A DNA stretch of 64,000 nt from Escherichia phage vb_EcoM_bov11CS3. Made by a program: the position numbers and the translations under genes. The stretch lies in sequence record MT884009.2; one strand, 5' to 3'. Positions 26,479 through 36,419 of this stretch are shown piece after piece (position 1 is the first letter of the stretch; each line of letters starts with the position of its first letter). The notes below the pieces were generated by a model, which saw nothing but the letters and a program-made list of their open reading frames with translations, had not been told where the DNA came from and ran no database searches.

Positions 26479-26484
26479 CTAGTG

Positions 26485-26967
26485 TTAAACCCGGATACCT
26501 ATTGTATACTCGGTGGATACCAATGTCAAATCTAAATTTAAAATTTCTTGCATCTCATAATATGCGTCCAGGGTTAGATACATTTCCCCATCCTTTTCTG
26601 CATACTTGTCCAAGTGCTTAAGGCATTTCGGATAACTATCGAGTGCAGCTTTCAGACACTCAAATTCTGTGCTGTTAATGAATCCTTCCATCTTAGCTAC
26701 CCGTTCTGGAGTAACGATAGCACTGTAGTGAGATTTAGCTTCCTGAATGCAATGGGTCCAAGCATCAACTTTCTCTTCGAAAAGCCCGAAGAACTTCTTT
26801 TTGGTGAGCTTCAAATTCTTTAAGTGCTTAAGCACTCGGTTGCCGATCACAGCCACATCACGAAACTTAAGGATCACTTTGTCGATATCCTCGCGGCCTA
26901 TTTTCACAAAGCAAGCCTCGCACATTTCAGGAGTGGCATAGCCTACTTTCCACATAAAATCTGACAT
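26485..26967 (-). CDS. hypothetical protein (160 aa)
   Basis: ATG with SD aaggagag. Confidence 0.55.
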   Translation of the reverse strand: MSDFMWKVGYATPEMCEACFVKIGREDIDKVILKFRDVAVIGNRVLKHLKNLKLTKKKFFGLFEEKVDAWTHCIQEAKSHYSAIVTPERVAKMEGFINSTEFECLKAALDSYPKCLKHLDKYAEKDGEMYLTLDAYYEMQEILNLDLTLVSTEYTIGIRV

Positions 26968-26979
26968 AACACCCTCTCC

Positions 26980-27375
26980 TTATTCCTGAAAAGCAACGAT
27001 ATCATATGAACTTGCAGATGATCCTGGTGAAGAATGACTCCAGTCTAGGTCATCAGAGTAGTCAGCGTACTGTGCACCACTACGTAGTTTGTATTTTACC
27101 CACTTGCCTGGTGCAGGGTTTTCACCACCTTCCCATACTTCCCAGCCTTCTGGCAGGCCGTCCTGGGGGTAGTCATCCACCTCACTAATAATCTTAGGGT
27201 TTGGCACCAAGATCCCTGCAGGCTCTTCCTTCCGGATAAGTGTCCACACAGCGTAGGTGTCTGAGCAGGCGCATGATAGCAAAGTATATCCACTATTCAG
27301 AACTTCTGCAAGCTCTTTCTCAGCATCTTCCAACTTGGTTAAGTGGTATTGGACAATCTTCACATCTGTAATCAT
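26980..27375 (-). CDS. hypothetical protein (131 aa)
   Basis: ATG with SD gggagg. Confidence 0.55.
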   Translation of the reverse strand: MITDVKIVQYHLTKLEDAEKELAEVLNSGYTLLSCACSDTYAVWTLIRKEEPAGILVPNPKIISEVDDYPQDGLPEGWEVWEGGENPAPGKWVKYKLRSGAQYADYSDDLDWSHSSPGSSASSYDIVAFQE

Positions 27376-27719
27376 CAGAAACCTCCCACTTCTTCGGCAA
27401 ATGCAGCTGCTGTCGTCGCTGCATCAAGATAGGACTCTAGTTCACGGGCTGCACGTTTGTAAATTGAGTGGCGCATATCGTTTGGCAGTTTGTGGAAGTC
27501 CACCTCTTCACCGTTGTGGTAAACATGCACATCAGTGATCTGTCTAAATCCATAATAGTCAACATCAGAATCACGACACTCCGGGTCTGGCAACTGGACA
27601 ACTGCCTGAGCTTCCACAGTGAACATATCGTCAAGTTCGAAATCGATTTCAAAAGTGTATGGTTTATAACGTTTCATCATTTGATTGTACTCTTTATTGA
27701 TCAGACTTATCTTTCGCAA
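27375..27719 (-). CDS. hypothetical protein (114 aa by track; TTG start, alternative ATG at 27680)
   Basis: Track ORF; start uncertain. Confidence 0.45.
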   Translation of the reverse strand: MRKISLINKEYNQMMKRYKPYTFEIDFELDDMFTVEAQAVVQLPDPECRDSDVDYYGFRQITDVHVYHNGEEVDFHKLPNDMRHSIYKRAARELESYLDAATTAAAFAEEVGGF

Positions 27720-29019
27720 CTAAGGCCGGGGCAAGTTTGTAATAACGGAAGCCACCACCACCTTGCCAGTTTACAGACTTAGAAATACCACCTTGATCTT
27801 CGCCATCGATCACTTTTTCCAAGCGCGGAATAATATGGGTATGACAATGATCACCTAGCTCGATTGAGATCCAGCGTCTTTTCATCTTATGAGCTACAGC
27901 AGCAGTAGTTCCCGAACCACCGAATGAATCCAATACCAAATCGCCTTCTCGCGTACACATTTCGAAAATCCGCTTCAAAAGCGCTTCTGGTTTTTTCCCA
28001 TTTTTGAAACTAACGCCGCCTTCATTTGCTATTCCATTCCAACTAATGTCTGTCCAAACATCAGTTATTAGTTCCGCAGGTTGCATCTCACCGTCAATTT
28101 CCAAAAGCCTATTGGAGTAAAAGACCATTTGCCTACCATTTGCGATATAAAATCCTTCAACATCCTCATTTGGATGTACATAAACCTTATCCCTATCTTT
28201 CTTTGACTTCTCGATAGTTTCTTTTCTCTTTATTTTAGCACCACCACCAATTGCAACAGATTGAAATACACGTTCTGCATTATCAATTGCGAATTGTGCT
28301 AATTCATCATCGAATGTGTCAGGCAGTTTTTTCTTGGCTTCTTTTGCATCCTTATAGCCATTGGCCTTTGCAAACGCATCGGCAATACCGCACCACGTCC
28401 AATTTTTATAATGGTCATCCGGGTTTAATAGGTATTTGTTATATCCTGTATCGTACCCTTTAGGTATATAGATTTTGTTAAGCGGTTTCTGGGTGCGATC
28501 TTTTGCATATACAAGCAAAAAGTTTGCTGTGGAGAAAACTGTGGCTCCTGTTGCCTTAAATCCTGAAGGGGAATTTGTGGTCATCGATATGGTATTTAAC
28601 TGATTTGCACGACCAAAAATCTCGTCCATCAAAACTTTTAAATACGCCATTTCGCAATCATCTAAGTGAACGAATATTACCCCATCATCACTTAGAAGAT
28701 TACGAATTATTTCTAACCTATCCCTCATTAAGCCCAGCCAAATGGAATGCTCCAGGCTATCATCGTAGTGCTCAAAAGCCCTCCCGGTATTGAATGGCGG
28801 GTCTATGTAAACACACTTCACTTTGCCTGCATACTCTTGCTCTAGCGCCTTCAATGCTAATAAGTTATCTCCAAAAATCAGTTTATTATCAAAAATATCG
28901 TTTTCTGTCACTTTCTGGCTGCGGTAAGACTTGCTAGAATCTTCTAATAAAATGTGCGGCTCTAACTTTTTGCGCTCGTTTTTACCTATCCAGGTAAGTT
29001 CTAATTTGGTTTTGCTCAT
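27694..29019 (-). CDS. DNA methyltransferase, beta-class N6-adenine/N4-cytosine type (Mod-like), 441 aa
   Basis: Motif IV VYIDPPFNTG precedes motif I DSFGGSGTT; ATG with SD taaggagag. Confidence 0.85.
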   Translation of the reverse strand: MSKTKLELTWIGKNERKKLEPHILLEDSSKSYRSQKVTENDIFDNKLIFGDNLLALKALEQEYAGKVKCVYIDPPFNTGRAFEHYDDSLEHSIWLGLMRDRLEIIRNLLSDDGVIFVHLDDCEMAYLKVLMDEIFGRANQLNTISMTTNSPSGFKATGATVFSTANFLLVYAKDRTQKPLNKIYIPKGYDTGYNKYLLNPDDHYKNWTWCGIADAFAKANGYKDAKEAKKKLPDTFDDELAQFAIDNAERVFQSVAIGGGAKIKRKETIEKSKKDRDKVYVHPNEDVEGFYIANGRQMVFYSNRLLEIDGEMQPAELITDVWTDISWNGIANEGGVSFKNGKKPEALLKRIFEMCTREGDLVLDSFGGSGTTAAVAHKMKRRWISIELGDHCHTHIIPRLEKVIDGEDQGGISKSVNWQGGGGFRYYKLAPALVAKDKSDQ

Positions 29020-29080
29020 CGTTTGGTGCTCTCCTTAGTTTTTTGTGGGGAGGAGGCCTCCCCTTTATACTCACATCTTA

Positions 29081-29422
29081 CTACTCAAGGTCTTCAGAGT
29101 CAAGCTCAAAAAGAATCAAACTGTGCATGCCTGCAGATAGATTAACACACCCTGCAACAATAAGGGTCTGATAGTAAGGTTCAGCACCCTCGATGTCTTC
29201 GTTAAAATCCACAACAAGGTAGTCACCTTTGTTAAAGGTGTATTTGTCCGATGTAAACGCAAAACCTGCCCAGTCCCCTACTGCAGGGTCTTTATCGGTC
29301 ACCTTTGTTAACAGTAGATCTTTTTCACGGGATCTTTTAGTAAAATCGTGAATCACAACATCCTTCTCTTCAGGAGTTGGATTGCCACACACGTAGTTAA
29401 CTATATTTCTCCACAAACTCAT
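29081..29422 (-). CDS. hypothetical protein (113 aa)
   Basis: ATG start; overlapping stop/start with the helicase. Confidence 0.5.
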   Translation of the reverse strand: MSLWRNIVNYVCGNPTPEEKDVVIHDFTKRSREKDLLLTKVTDKDPAVGDWAGFAFTSDKYTFNKGDYLVVDFNEDIEGAEPYYQTLIVAGCVNLSAGMHSLILFELDSEDLE

Positions 29423-30789
29423 ACGTCCCCCTCTTCGGCTCTGGTTTCAAAATCTTTCCTGACAATTTTGTCTAAGTCAGGGAATGTTGTATTGTAAAAC
29501 TCTACGACTCGCGGGTCAACAATAATGTCAACTTCTCTTAGTGGACGCAACAAGTTTATTCCTTGTATTGTCTTAACCCTACTCAAAGCAACATACGTCA
29601 TCCCAGGAGAGAAAGCTCCGTTCTTTCCAAGGTCCAGGTTGTAACAATCTAGCGTAAGTCCTTGACTTTTATGAGATGTTACGGCATACCCAGATTTCAG
29701 AGGAAGTTGCCTGTATGACCCAATCACTACCCTCTCTATAAACTTCTCCATCTTCCTTTCTGCAATGTTGTATCTCTGAGATGGCTTATACTCGTTATTC
29801 TCCCACAACCTTTGCTCTATGTCAACCTGTGTTCCATCTTCAAGCTCTACCACCACTGCCTTGTTCTTAAATTTAACAATTGTGGCACGTGTTCCGTTAA
29901 CATAATAAGGTACTTTGTGCGTCGGGTCAACATCGTTGGCGGTTATCATAACTTTCATGCCAATTTTCAACTTCATCTCCTGCTCAACTGGCAGGGTGGA
30001 GGGAAACTTACCCTTCATTTCACCAGTGTATACCTTCTCTGGGGCGTTGATGGCATCATAGAACCTTCTGTTCACTTCCTCTGCTTGTTTGTTGGTGGCG
30101 CAAATTGTGAGAGCATCTGTTGGTACACCACCTTTGTAACAGCGAGCATTAAGTTCTGCTACAACCTCTTTTATGCGACGACCCTCACGAACACAGTTGA
30201 GCATTGTGGCAAATCGAATAGACTCCTGTCGGAACTGGTCTATTAGGGCTATGTTGTGAAGGTCAAGCTCTTTCCAAGATTCGGTATAGCAACATAGGTC
30301 TGTGTGGTAGAAGTTGAAGTAGGCCTCCTTCTCCATAGAAGAGACAACAGGAGGTGCCTGGTAAAAATCGCCAAACAATATGACCTGTATGCCTCCGAAA
30401 GGTTTGTCATTTTTTCGAAGGAAGCGGAGTTTCCTATCCATCTCTATAAACTTATCAGCACGGATCATAGAGATTTCATCGATAATTAGGATGGTAAATG
30501 CCTTGCTTTTCAAAGGCTTTGCTGTTTTTGCCCTTATTGCAGTCCAGTCAGACTCCATGCTCACACCTGCTGCAAGATCGAAGGTTCGGTGTGCTGTTGC
30601 TCCATTAACGTTTAAAGCGGCTACCCCTGTCGGGGCAACCGTTATGCAAGAGTCTCCATACATTGACTGGATCATGTTGATGAGGTACGTCTTCCCACAA
30701 CCTGCGGGTCCTGAAACGAAGACATTCTCACCGCTCATGATTGCAACGAGGGCAGCATCTGTGCCTACATCATACTGCCCTTTTTCCAT
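29419..30789 (-). CDS. SF1B DNA helicase (Dda/PIF1/RecD-like), 456 aa
   Basis: Walker A VSGPAGCGKTYL and motif Ia APTGVAA; ATG with SD gaggagg. Confidence 0.85.
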   Translation of the reverse strand: MEKGQYDVGTDAALVAIMSGENVFVSGPAGCGKTYLINMIQSMYGDSCITVAPTGVAALNVNGATAHRTFDLAAGVSMESDWTAIRAKTAKPLKSKAFTILIIDEISMIRADKFIEMDRKLRFLRKNDKPFGGIQVILFGDFYQAPPVVSSMEKEAYFNFYHTDLCCYTESWKELDLHNIALIDQFRQESIRFATMLNCVREGRRIKEVVAELNARCYKGGVPTDALTICATNKQAEEVNRRFYDAINAPEKVYTGEMKGKFPSTLPVEQEMKLKIGMKVMITANDVDPTHKVPYYVNGTRATIVKFKNKAVVVELEDGTQVDIEQRLWENNEYKPSQRYNIAERKMEKFIERVVIGSYRQLPLKSGYAVTSHKSQGLTLDCYNLDLGKNGAFSPGMTYVALSRVKTIQGINLLRPLREVDIIVDPRVVEFYNTTFPDLDKIVRKDFETRAEEGDV

Positions 30790-31994
30790 TACGCCTCCTC
30801 GTAAAGAATGTCGATAGTGTTGCCGTCTCGGTCAACCACGTATTCAATCGGGTCTCCGTCCTTGCGTGCTTCCGGAGCTACCACAATCTCATAGCGGCAT
30901 GCACGGCACTTAGCGCTATTGTGTTGGTATGGCACACTAACCACATCTGCAGGGTCAACCATAACAGTCATTACAGTGCCGTAGCTCTTTGCATACTCTT
31001 TGCTGGCGCAGTGTAAGCCATAGGAGCACGCAGCTTCAGGATCATCCTCTACAAAGTTACGAGGCATGGATACAAAAGCACCTTGGTATTGTGGGACTTT
31101 ACCACTGTGCCAATCCACCCACTTGCTGCCGTTAAACTGAACCCCTTTGTAGCAAATGATTCGACCATCTTCTGCAATCTGGATATCGTTGGCCTGCATA
31201 AAATCGTAGAGCATGTTTACAGATTTTGCAGAAGGATTGCGTAGCAGGCGAACGAGGAATTTCACATAGCGGTCATCCAGTGTTCCGTCTGCATAGTCTT
31301 TCTCAATTTTCTTTGCAATGGTGGATCGCATCTCTACACCGTAGTAGTAGAGCTTACCATCTTTCATGATCAGGTTGTCTGCAAGTGTGGTGAACTCATT
31401 CTTGCGTTCCAGCCAGACAAGGATTTCACCAATTGCCTCATCATATTCCTGAACAGAGATATGGTCGAAGACTTTCTGGTAAACTTCCTCACTTTCGCTG
31501 CGGCGAATTTCAAAAATGCCTTCGTTGCAGGTGATCTGGAGGAGTTCCCCACAAATAACTACTAAAGGCTCGATGCTTCGAGTCTGTTGCTGAGACACAC
31601 TGCTCACCACCTCCAGCACCGGGTCTTTGACTTCTACTAAAGGTTCTTCTGACTTGATTGCCACCCCAGTGAACCCCACACCGTGAACAACACACAGTGG
31701 GTATACCACGCCCCAACGTTTAACGGAACCTTCGCCTAAGTCTAAGATCATGGCGTACTTACCATTATCTTCCAGCCCATATCGAAATAGACGGGCCTCT
31801 TCACGGGTTTCAAAATCCTCACGGGTGTAGCAGACGCTGTCACGGTCAGGATCGAACAACTCTGGGGCACCAACTGCCAGTGTCCAGGTTGTGTCGCCTT
31901 TCTCAATGGCACATGTGAAACCCTTCTTCTCAAGTTCTGCACGGCGGTCGCGTGCTTCTTTACGAGTTTTGAAGTGTTCGTAGATGAAAATCAT
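30789..31994 (-). CDS. hypothetical protein with tandem N-terminal repeats (about 401 aa; track start is TTG at 32030)
   Basis: ATG with SD aaggaga; two similar N-terminal segments of about 35 aa. Confidence 0.5.
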   Translation of the reverse strand: MIFIYEHFKTRKEARDRRAELEKKGFTCAIEKGDTTWTLAVGAPELFDPDRDSVCYTREDFETREEARLFRYGLEDNGKYAMILDLGEGSVKRWGVVYPLCVVHGVGFTGVAIKSEEPLVEVKDPVLEVVSSVSQQQTRSIEPLVVICGELLQITCNEGIFEIRRSESEEVYQKVFDHISVQEYDEAIGEILVWLERKNEFTTLADNLIMKDGKLYYYGVEMRSTIAKKIEKDYADGTLDDRYVKFLVRLLRNPSAKSVNMLYDFMQANDIQIAEDGRIICYKGVQFNGSKWVDWHSGKVPQYQGAFVSMPRNFVEDDPEAACSYGLHCASKEYAKSYGTVMTVMVDPADVVSVPYQHNSAKCRACRYEIVVAPEARKDGDPIEYVVDRDGNTIDILYEEA

Positions 31995-32004
31995 AACTGT
32001 CTCC

Positions 32005-33987
32005 TTATTTGGTGTTATTCTTTGTATCAATCAGCTCACGGTATTCAATCATAGCAGGGGTGTCCCAATATTTCAAGCCTACATGCTTCAAAAGTGGGTA
32101 TTTCTTTTCCAATCTTGCAATATAGGCCTTCCCGCATTTAACTCGGTTGGCGATTAAGATTTTGGCACGATGATTTAGCTCACTGTGCTTCCACGTGGTG
32201 TTACCTTCCCACTTGTGGAAATGTGGCCGATAATTTCCAAAATCTTGCATGGGAATAATTTTCCCTAATTGTCTATACAGGCTGTCATAAGAAGTCTCAT
32301 TTGCTGCACGGGTCAGTAAGAATTTCCAAGCATCCTCTTTCAACAGGTGCTCCACATTCTTCTCTGTAACATACTGGCAATCAGGATCAGTCCAAAGCAG
32401 ACGAGATTCAGATACCAGATACAGATCTTCACCTTCAGGAATCTGAAGTGCCGCACGTACACGGTCATAATCTTGCTGGTAGATGTTACTCATCTGCCCC
32501 AGCCAACAACTTCCACGTTGGATATCACCCTCATAAGGGATGCAGTGTTTAATCTTCCGGAACTCTGCCTTAGTAATACGCTCACGGCGGAAGTAACCAT
32601 CCTTCTCAAGTTTTTTAACCCAATAGCCTGGCTCATAATGAGTTTTTGTTTCACCTTTCTTCGCAGGTCGGCGAGGGAGCTCTGATAACAATTTGATCGT
32701 ATCTGCAAAGAACGGGTGGTGTGCTGCCTCTTTAAACTCTTTCACCAGATCAGTGTTCCGGCAATAGAAAACGTTGCGTCCGGTGATCTCGCTTAAGTAG
32801 TTACACTTATTTCGGTTATATTTGCCGTCTCCGTCGTTAAATACTAAATAAACTCCCCGTAAGAATTCTACCTTTCCGTAACAAGCGTAACCTATGCGGC
32901 CTTTATTTAAGCCGCCAGCGAAGATCTCACAGTCCCCCAAATTTCCTAGGCCTGTCTCTTCCCATCGTTCCCACATAAAATTCTTACCGAAGATGTGCCC
33001 GAACACTCCACTGTTCTTCATCATCTCGCGTGCTTCTGAGGATGTTTTTGCTGTCTCCAATTCCGCAACAACTTCTGCCCCACGTAAACGGATACCCTCT
33101 TTGACAAAAGCCTCCAGGCGATCCTGGAATCCACCGTCGTCATGGCCCTCTATGGTCCATTCGCGCCCAGGGTTAATATTGCAATCCCCAATAGGAATCT
33201 CTACACAGATTGCAGGGTAGTCTGTCAATGTTTCCAGGAATTTAGATCGGTAAGGTTGGTGACCCATTACCACGCGACTCTCGTCAGAGCTGGTATAACC
33301 TTTCAGGATAGTCATTTTCCAACCATCTTTCTCGTAGCGATACTGCGCCTCAACCTTGTCACCTTCCAGCATCTTACTGGTCATAGGGTCGGTAACGGTA
33401 AACGGAAACTTTGCATAGCGTAGGCATGACGCAATAGCAGTGCGATATTTCAGAACATGCTCTTTCTTAACATGGAACTGAACTTTTACCCCGTTGTGCT
33501 CTTCAGTCTTCCGCTCGCGGATCTTGGTAACGTTTGGGATACCCTGATCCAAGAACAATAGATATGTGCTTTCAACACCGTTGTGCACACTAATCACATC
33601 GAAAGTGTCCACCATGCTGAACGGGGCCTTTGAACCTACACCTTTATTACCTACCAGAGCGTTGCTGTTGCGCTTGGTTGACTCCCCGAGGTTCATGAAA
33701 GTGTTGCGGACCATCTCTTCTGACATACCCAATCCAACGTCCTGCACAAAGAAGTATGGTTCAAGGTCTGTAGGGGAGTGAATGATGATCGGTACATCAC
33801 CCCGTCCAGACTCAACATGGGAGTCCACAGCATTGAAGATTGGTTCACGGCAGCTTGCCAGCACCTTATCTTCGTAAATCCCTTTAATGATTAGCCCAAA
33901 AGTCTCTTTGTTCAGAGAAATTGAGCCCCTGGTGACCTCCATATTCCCGGTTAGTACTGCTTTAGTTTCATTACTGTTTACAATCAT
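32005..33987 (-). CDS. GHKL-superfamily ATPase (Hsp90/MutL/MORC-like fold) of unknown function, 660 aa
   Basis: Bergerat motifs EPIFNAVDS, VQDVGLGM...NLGESTK, GNKGVGSKAPF; ATG with SD aaggag. Confidence 0.6.
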   Translation of the reverse strand: MIVNSNETKAVLTGNMEVTRGSISLNKETFGLIIKGIYEDKVLASCREPIFNAVDSHVESGRGDVPIIIHSPTDLEPYFFVQDVGLGMSEEMVRNTFMNLGESTKRNSNALVGNKGVGSKAPFSMVDTFDVISVHNGVESTYLLFLDQGIPNVTKIRERKTEEHNGVKVQFHVKKEHVLKYRTAIASCLRYAKFPFTVTDPMTSKMLEGDKVEAQYRYEKDGWKMTILKGYTSSDESRVVMGHQPYRSKFLETLTDYPAICVEIPIGDCNINPGREWTIEGHDDGGFQDRLEAFVKEGIRLRGAEVVAELETAKTSSEAREMMKNSGVFGHIFGKNFMWERWEETGLGNLGDCEIFAGGLNKGRIGYACYGKVEFLRGVYLVFNDGDGKYNRNKCNYLSEITGRNVFYCRNTDLVKEFKEAAHHPFFADTIKLLSELPRRPAKKGETKTHYEPGYWVKKLEKDGYFRRERITKAEFRKIKHCIPYEGDIQRGSCWLGQMSNIYQQDYDRVRAALQIPEGEDLYLVSESRLLWTDPDCQYVTEKNVEHLLKEDAWKFLLTRAANETSYDSLYRQLGKIIPMQDFGNYRPHFHKWEGNTTWKHSELNHRAKILIANRVKCGKAYIARLEKKYPLLKHVGLKYWDTPAMIEYRELIDTKNNTK

Positions 33988-34484
33988 TTATTGCGCTCCT
34001 TGTAGTAGATATGACTCCCGAATTGAGCTGTCCTCTGCATCTTTTTTGCCCATTTCGGTCGTACTTTGGTTGTATGGTAGTGTGTTGCTCCACCTGTTAT
34101 GTCCATAGCCATGTATGCAACATGGTTGTTATTATAGACCTTTAGAAGCATCTTTGCAAGACTTTTAGCGTGATCCCATGAATCTTTTTCTGTCACCTTA
34201 AAAGTTTTGCCGTGGTTTGTCCACGAAAACTGGTTAGGTTGGTAGACAATCTTTCTTATAGTGTCTGGGTATTTGGGGTGAGATTTCCTGTTTAGTGTGG
34301 CAAACCCTGATGCCAGCATACCCATCGTGCCATCCCCTCTAGCCTCCCTGTAGATATTGCATGCCAGAATGTTTTCCTTAGTATCTGAGGGCTTGCAAGT
34401 ATGATATACTTTTTGTTTTGGTGCTGCAACAACAGGCAGCGATAAAAATGCGCTCAAAATAATAGCAAAGATCTTAATTTTCAC
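33984..34484 (-). CDS. Secreted cell-wall hydrolase (SleB/CwlJ-like), candidate endolysin, 166 aa, GTG start
   Basis: Signal peptide VKIKIFAIILSAFLSLPVVAAP; NIYREARGDG resembles the SleB EARGE motif. Confidence 0.55.
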   Translation of the reverse strand: MKIKIFAIILSAFLSLPVVAAPKQKVYHTCKPSDTKENILACNIYREARGDGTMGMLASGFATLNRKSHPKYPDTIRKIVYQPNQFSWTNHGKTFKVTEKDSWDHAKSLAKMLLKVYNNNHVAYMAMDITGGATHYHTTKVRPKWAKKMQRTAQFGSHIYYKERNK

Positions 34485-34493
34485 AATAACTCC

Positions 34494-34520
34494 AAATAGA
34501 AAATCCCCGCCGAAGCGGGG
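34494..34520 (-). terminator. Rho-independent terminator; hairpin ccccgccgaagcgggg (copy 1 of 2)
   Basis: 6-bp stem with 4-nt loop followed on the minus strand by a U-rich tract; identical hairpin at 60949-60964. Confidence 0.6.
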
Positions 34521-34533
34521 GAGGTCTTAGAAA

Positions 34534-34914
34534 TTAATCGTAGTGTGCCAAAATCTCTCCATCGTTGCAAGTTCCCTCTACAAAGTTATGAAGATTCATG
34601 CACTCATCTTGATAGAAGAATTTACCGCTTTTCAGCCGTAAGCCAAACAACTCCGCATCTCCACGATGGCAAGCCTCTACAAGTTCATAGATTTCATACG
34701 GCAACTCTCCGTCGTCATGGAAGAACCCAGCCTTATCGTTGACATAGATGAAGAAATAATCACTGCTATCGCAAGCGTCCAATATTTTAAACCAGATTTC
34801 ATCTACATCTTTTTCTCGGATATCAATCACGCAAGTGGAGCTGCATTCGTACTCCTTCTCCGGCTCCTCGGTCAATACCACCCGGTAATTTCCCCGCTTA
34901 CCTACTTTAGCCAT
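34534..34914 (-). CDS. hypothetical acidic protein (126 aa)
   Basis: ATG start; track ORF. Confidence 0.5.
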   Translation of the reverse strand: MAKVGKRGNYRVVLTEEPEKEYECSSTCVIDIREKDVDEIWFKILDACDSSDYFFIYVNDKAGFFHDDGELPYEIYELVEACHRGDAELFGLRLKSGKFFYQDECMNLHNFVEGTCNDGEILAHYD

Positions 34915-34923
34915 ACAACCCCC

Positions 34924-36108
34924 TTAAGCTTTAGCTAAAATGGCGCTAAACTCTTCACCAAACTCTTTTACAATCTTCATCAGGTTTGGGTACGCTTTGA
35001 TCAGTTGAGCAACGATCTTGTCACGCCCTTTACCGATAAGCAAGGCATTTCCTAAGGCATTAGGTTTCATCATCGCCATAAAGACTGAGAATACAAAATC
35101 TCGGTTCTCGTCCTTGAAGTTTTCCCAAAGGAAATCGAGGAAGTTTGCCACGCAGCTGACAAGATCTTCATCTGAGATACTTGCATTTTCCATCATATTA
35201 CGAATAGCGATACAACCTTCAGATCCAAGAATCCACAAGATGTCTGGCTGCTTAGGACCTACGTATTCTTTGCAACCCCCTGCCATAATCCGACCGATTT
35301 CCGGTAAATTGCGTTTCTTGGTGTGGTAGGTCCAGATCTCTACCGCTGCAGTGTGACCAATAGCACCTTGCAGAAGAACACGGGCCATAGCGTCAGAAAT
35401 AATACCGCTGTCAAAATCGTGCAGGATATCAGATGCAGCAACCCAAGATCGCGGTGTGGCAAAAGATGGGCAATTAATCTCAGCCATAGCCTCATAATTA
35501 TCAATAGCTGACGGAACTCTTTTCAGATACCCAATTACAGAGGAGTGCACTCCATTAAGGAATGCGTAGTCCTCAATAAACACCTCTGCATTGCTTGTAA
35601 CTTCTACAATGATAAAACGGTTAGCCAGAGGGGCTTCAAGCGCCGAAAGAACCGCACCATCTGTAGAACGGTTACCTGCAGCTACAAAAACAGAGCCCTT
35701 AGGGAATGCATAGGTGCCGCACTTGTGGTCGAGCATAATTTGCATTGCAACCTTTTGCAGGTAATTATCTGCATGAGTAAGCTCATCCAGAAAGATAATT
35801 CCGCTCCAGTCCGGATCTGCAGGCCAGAATTCTGGAATTGCAAACACTGTACGTGTAGTTCCATCCGCTTCTACAGGGATAGGTAGCCCAGATAAGTCGG
35901 CAGGATCTTTATCTGACAGTCGCACGTCAACCAGGTTGTCATCTCGCTCACCGAACATATTATCGGCGATCTGCTTCATCACCTGGCTCTTCCCCACGCC
36001 CATTGGTCCTAAAATCAGGACAGATCGGTTATGACGTTGGGCAAACTGAATGATAGCTGGCAACTCACGGACAGTGATTTGACCACTTTCAAATACGTTT
36101 CTTGACAT
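34924..36108 (-). CDS. MoxR-like AAA+ ATPase, 394 aa
   Basis: Walker A VLILGPMGVGKSQ and Walker B IIFLDE; ATG start. Confidence 0.8.
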   Translation of the reverse strand: MSRNVFESGQITVRELPAIIQFAQRHNRSVLILGPMGVGKSQVMKQIADNMFGERDDNLVDVRLSDKDPADLSGLPIPVEADGTTRTVFAIPEFWPADPDWSGIIFLDELTHADNYLQKVAMQIMLDHKCGTYAFPKGSVFVAAGNRSTDGAVLSALEAPLANRFIIVEVTSNAEVFIEDYAFLNGVHSSVIGYLKRVPSAIDNYEAMAEINCPSFATPRSWVAASDILHDFDSGIISDAMARVLLQGAIGHTAAVEIWTYHTKKRNLPEIGRIMAGGCKEYVGPKQPDILWILGSEGCIAIRNMMENASISDEDLVSCVANFLDFLWENFKDENRDFVFSVFMAMMKPNALGNALLIGKGRDKIVAQLIKAYPNLMKIVKEFGEEFSAILAKA

Positions 36109-36416
36109 TAGTAAAAGTCCTCTACTTGTGTGTAAGTGTTTTCAAAGTTTTCCAAAACAGATGCCACATCGGATCTGTCAATATCGTACACAACTTCCCA
36201 GTTGTATGCAACCCTTTCTGCTGTTGCTTCTTCAGGACTTAGCCGTCTACTGGGGTGAAAGAATGTTGGGGTACACCTTCTTAGTTGTCTTCCGGTTTTC
36301 CCATAACAATATCTGTGGATAACTTTGTCAAAATTTAACTCTTTTTCTGCACAAAGTTCGTGTTTCTGGTATAACATGTTTATTACTCTTCTAAGCGGCA
36401 TCCCTGCCACCACCAC
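36108..36416 (-). CDS. hypothetical protein (102 aa)
   Basis: Track ORF; overlapping stop/start. Confidence 0.5.
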   Translation of the reverse strand: MVVAGMPLRRVINMLYQKHELCAEKELNFDKVIHRYCYGKTGRQLRRCTPTFFHPSRRLSPEEATAERVAYNWEVVYDIDRSDVASVLENFENTYTQVEDFY

Positions 36417-36419
36417 CTG

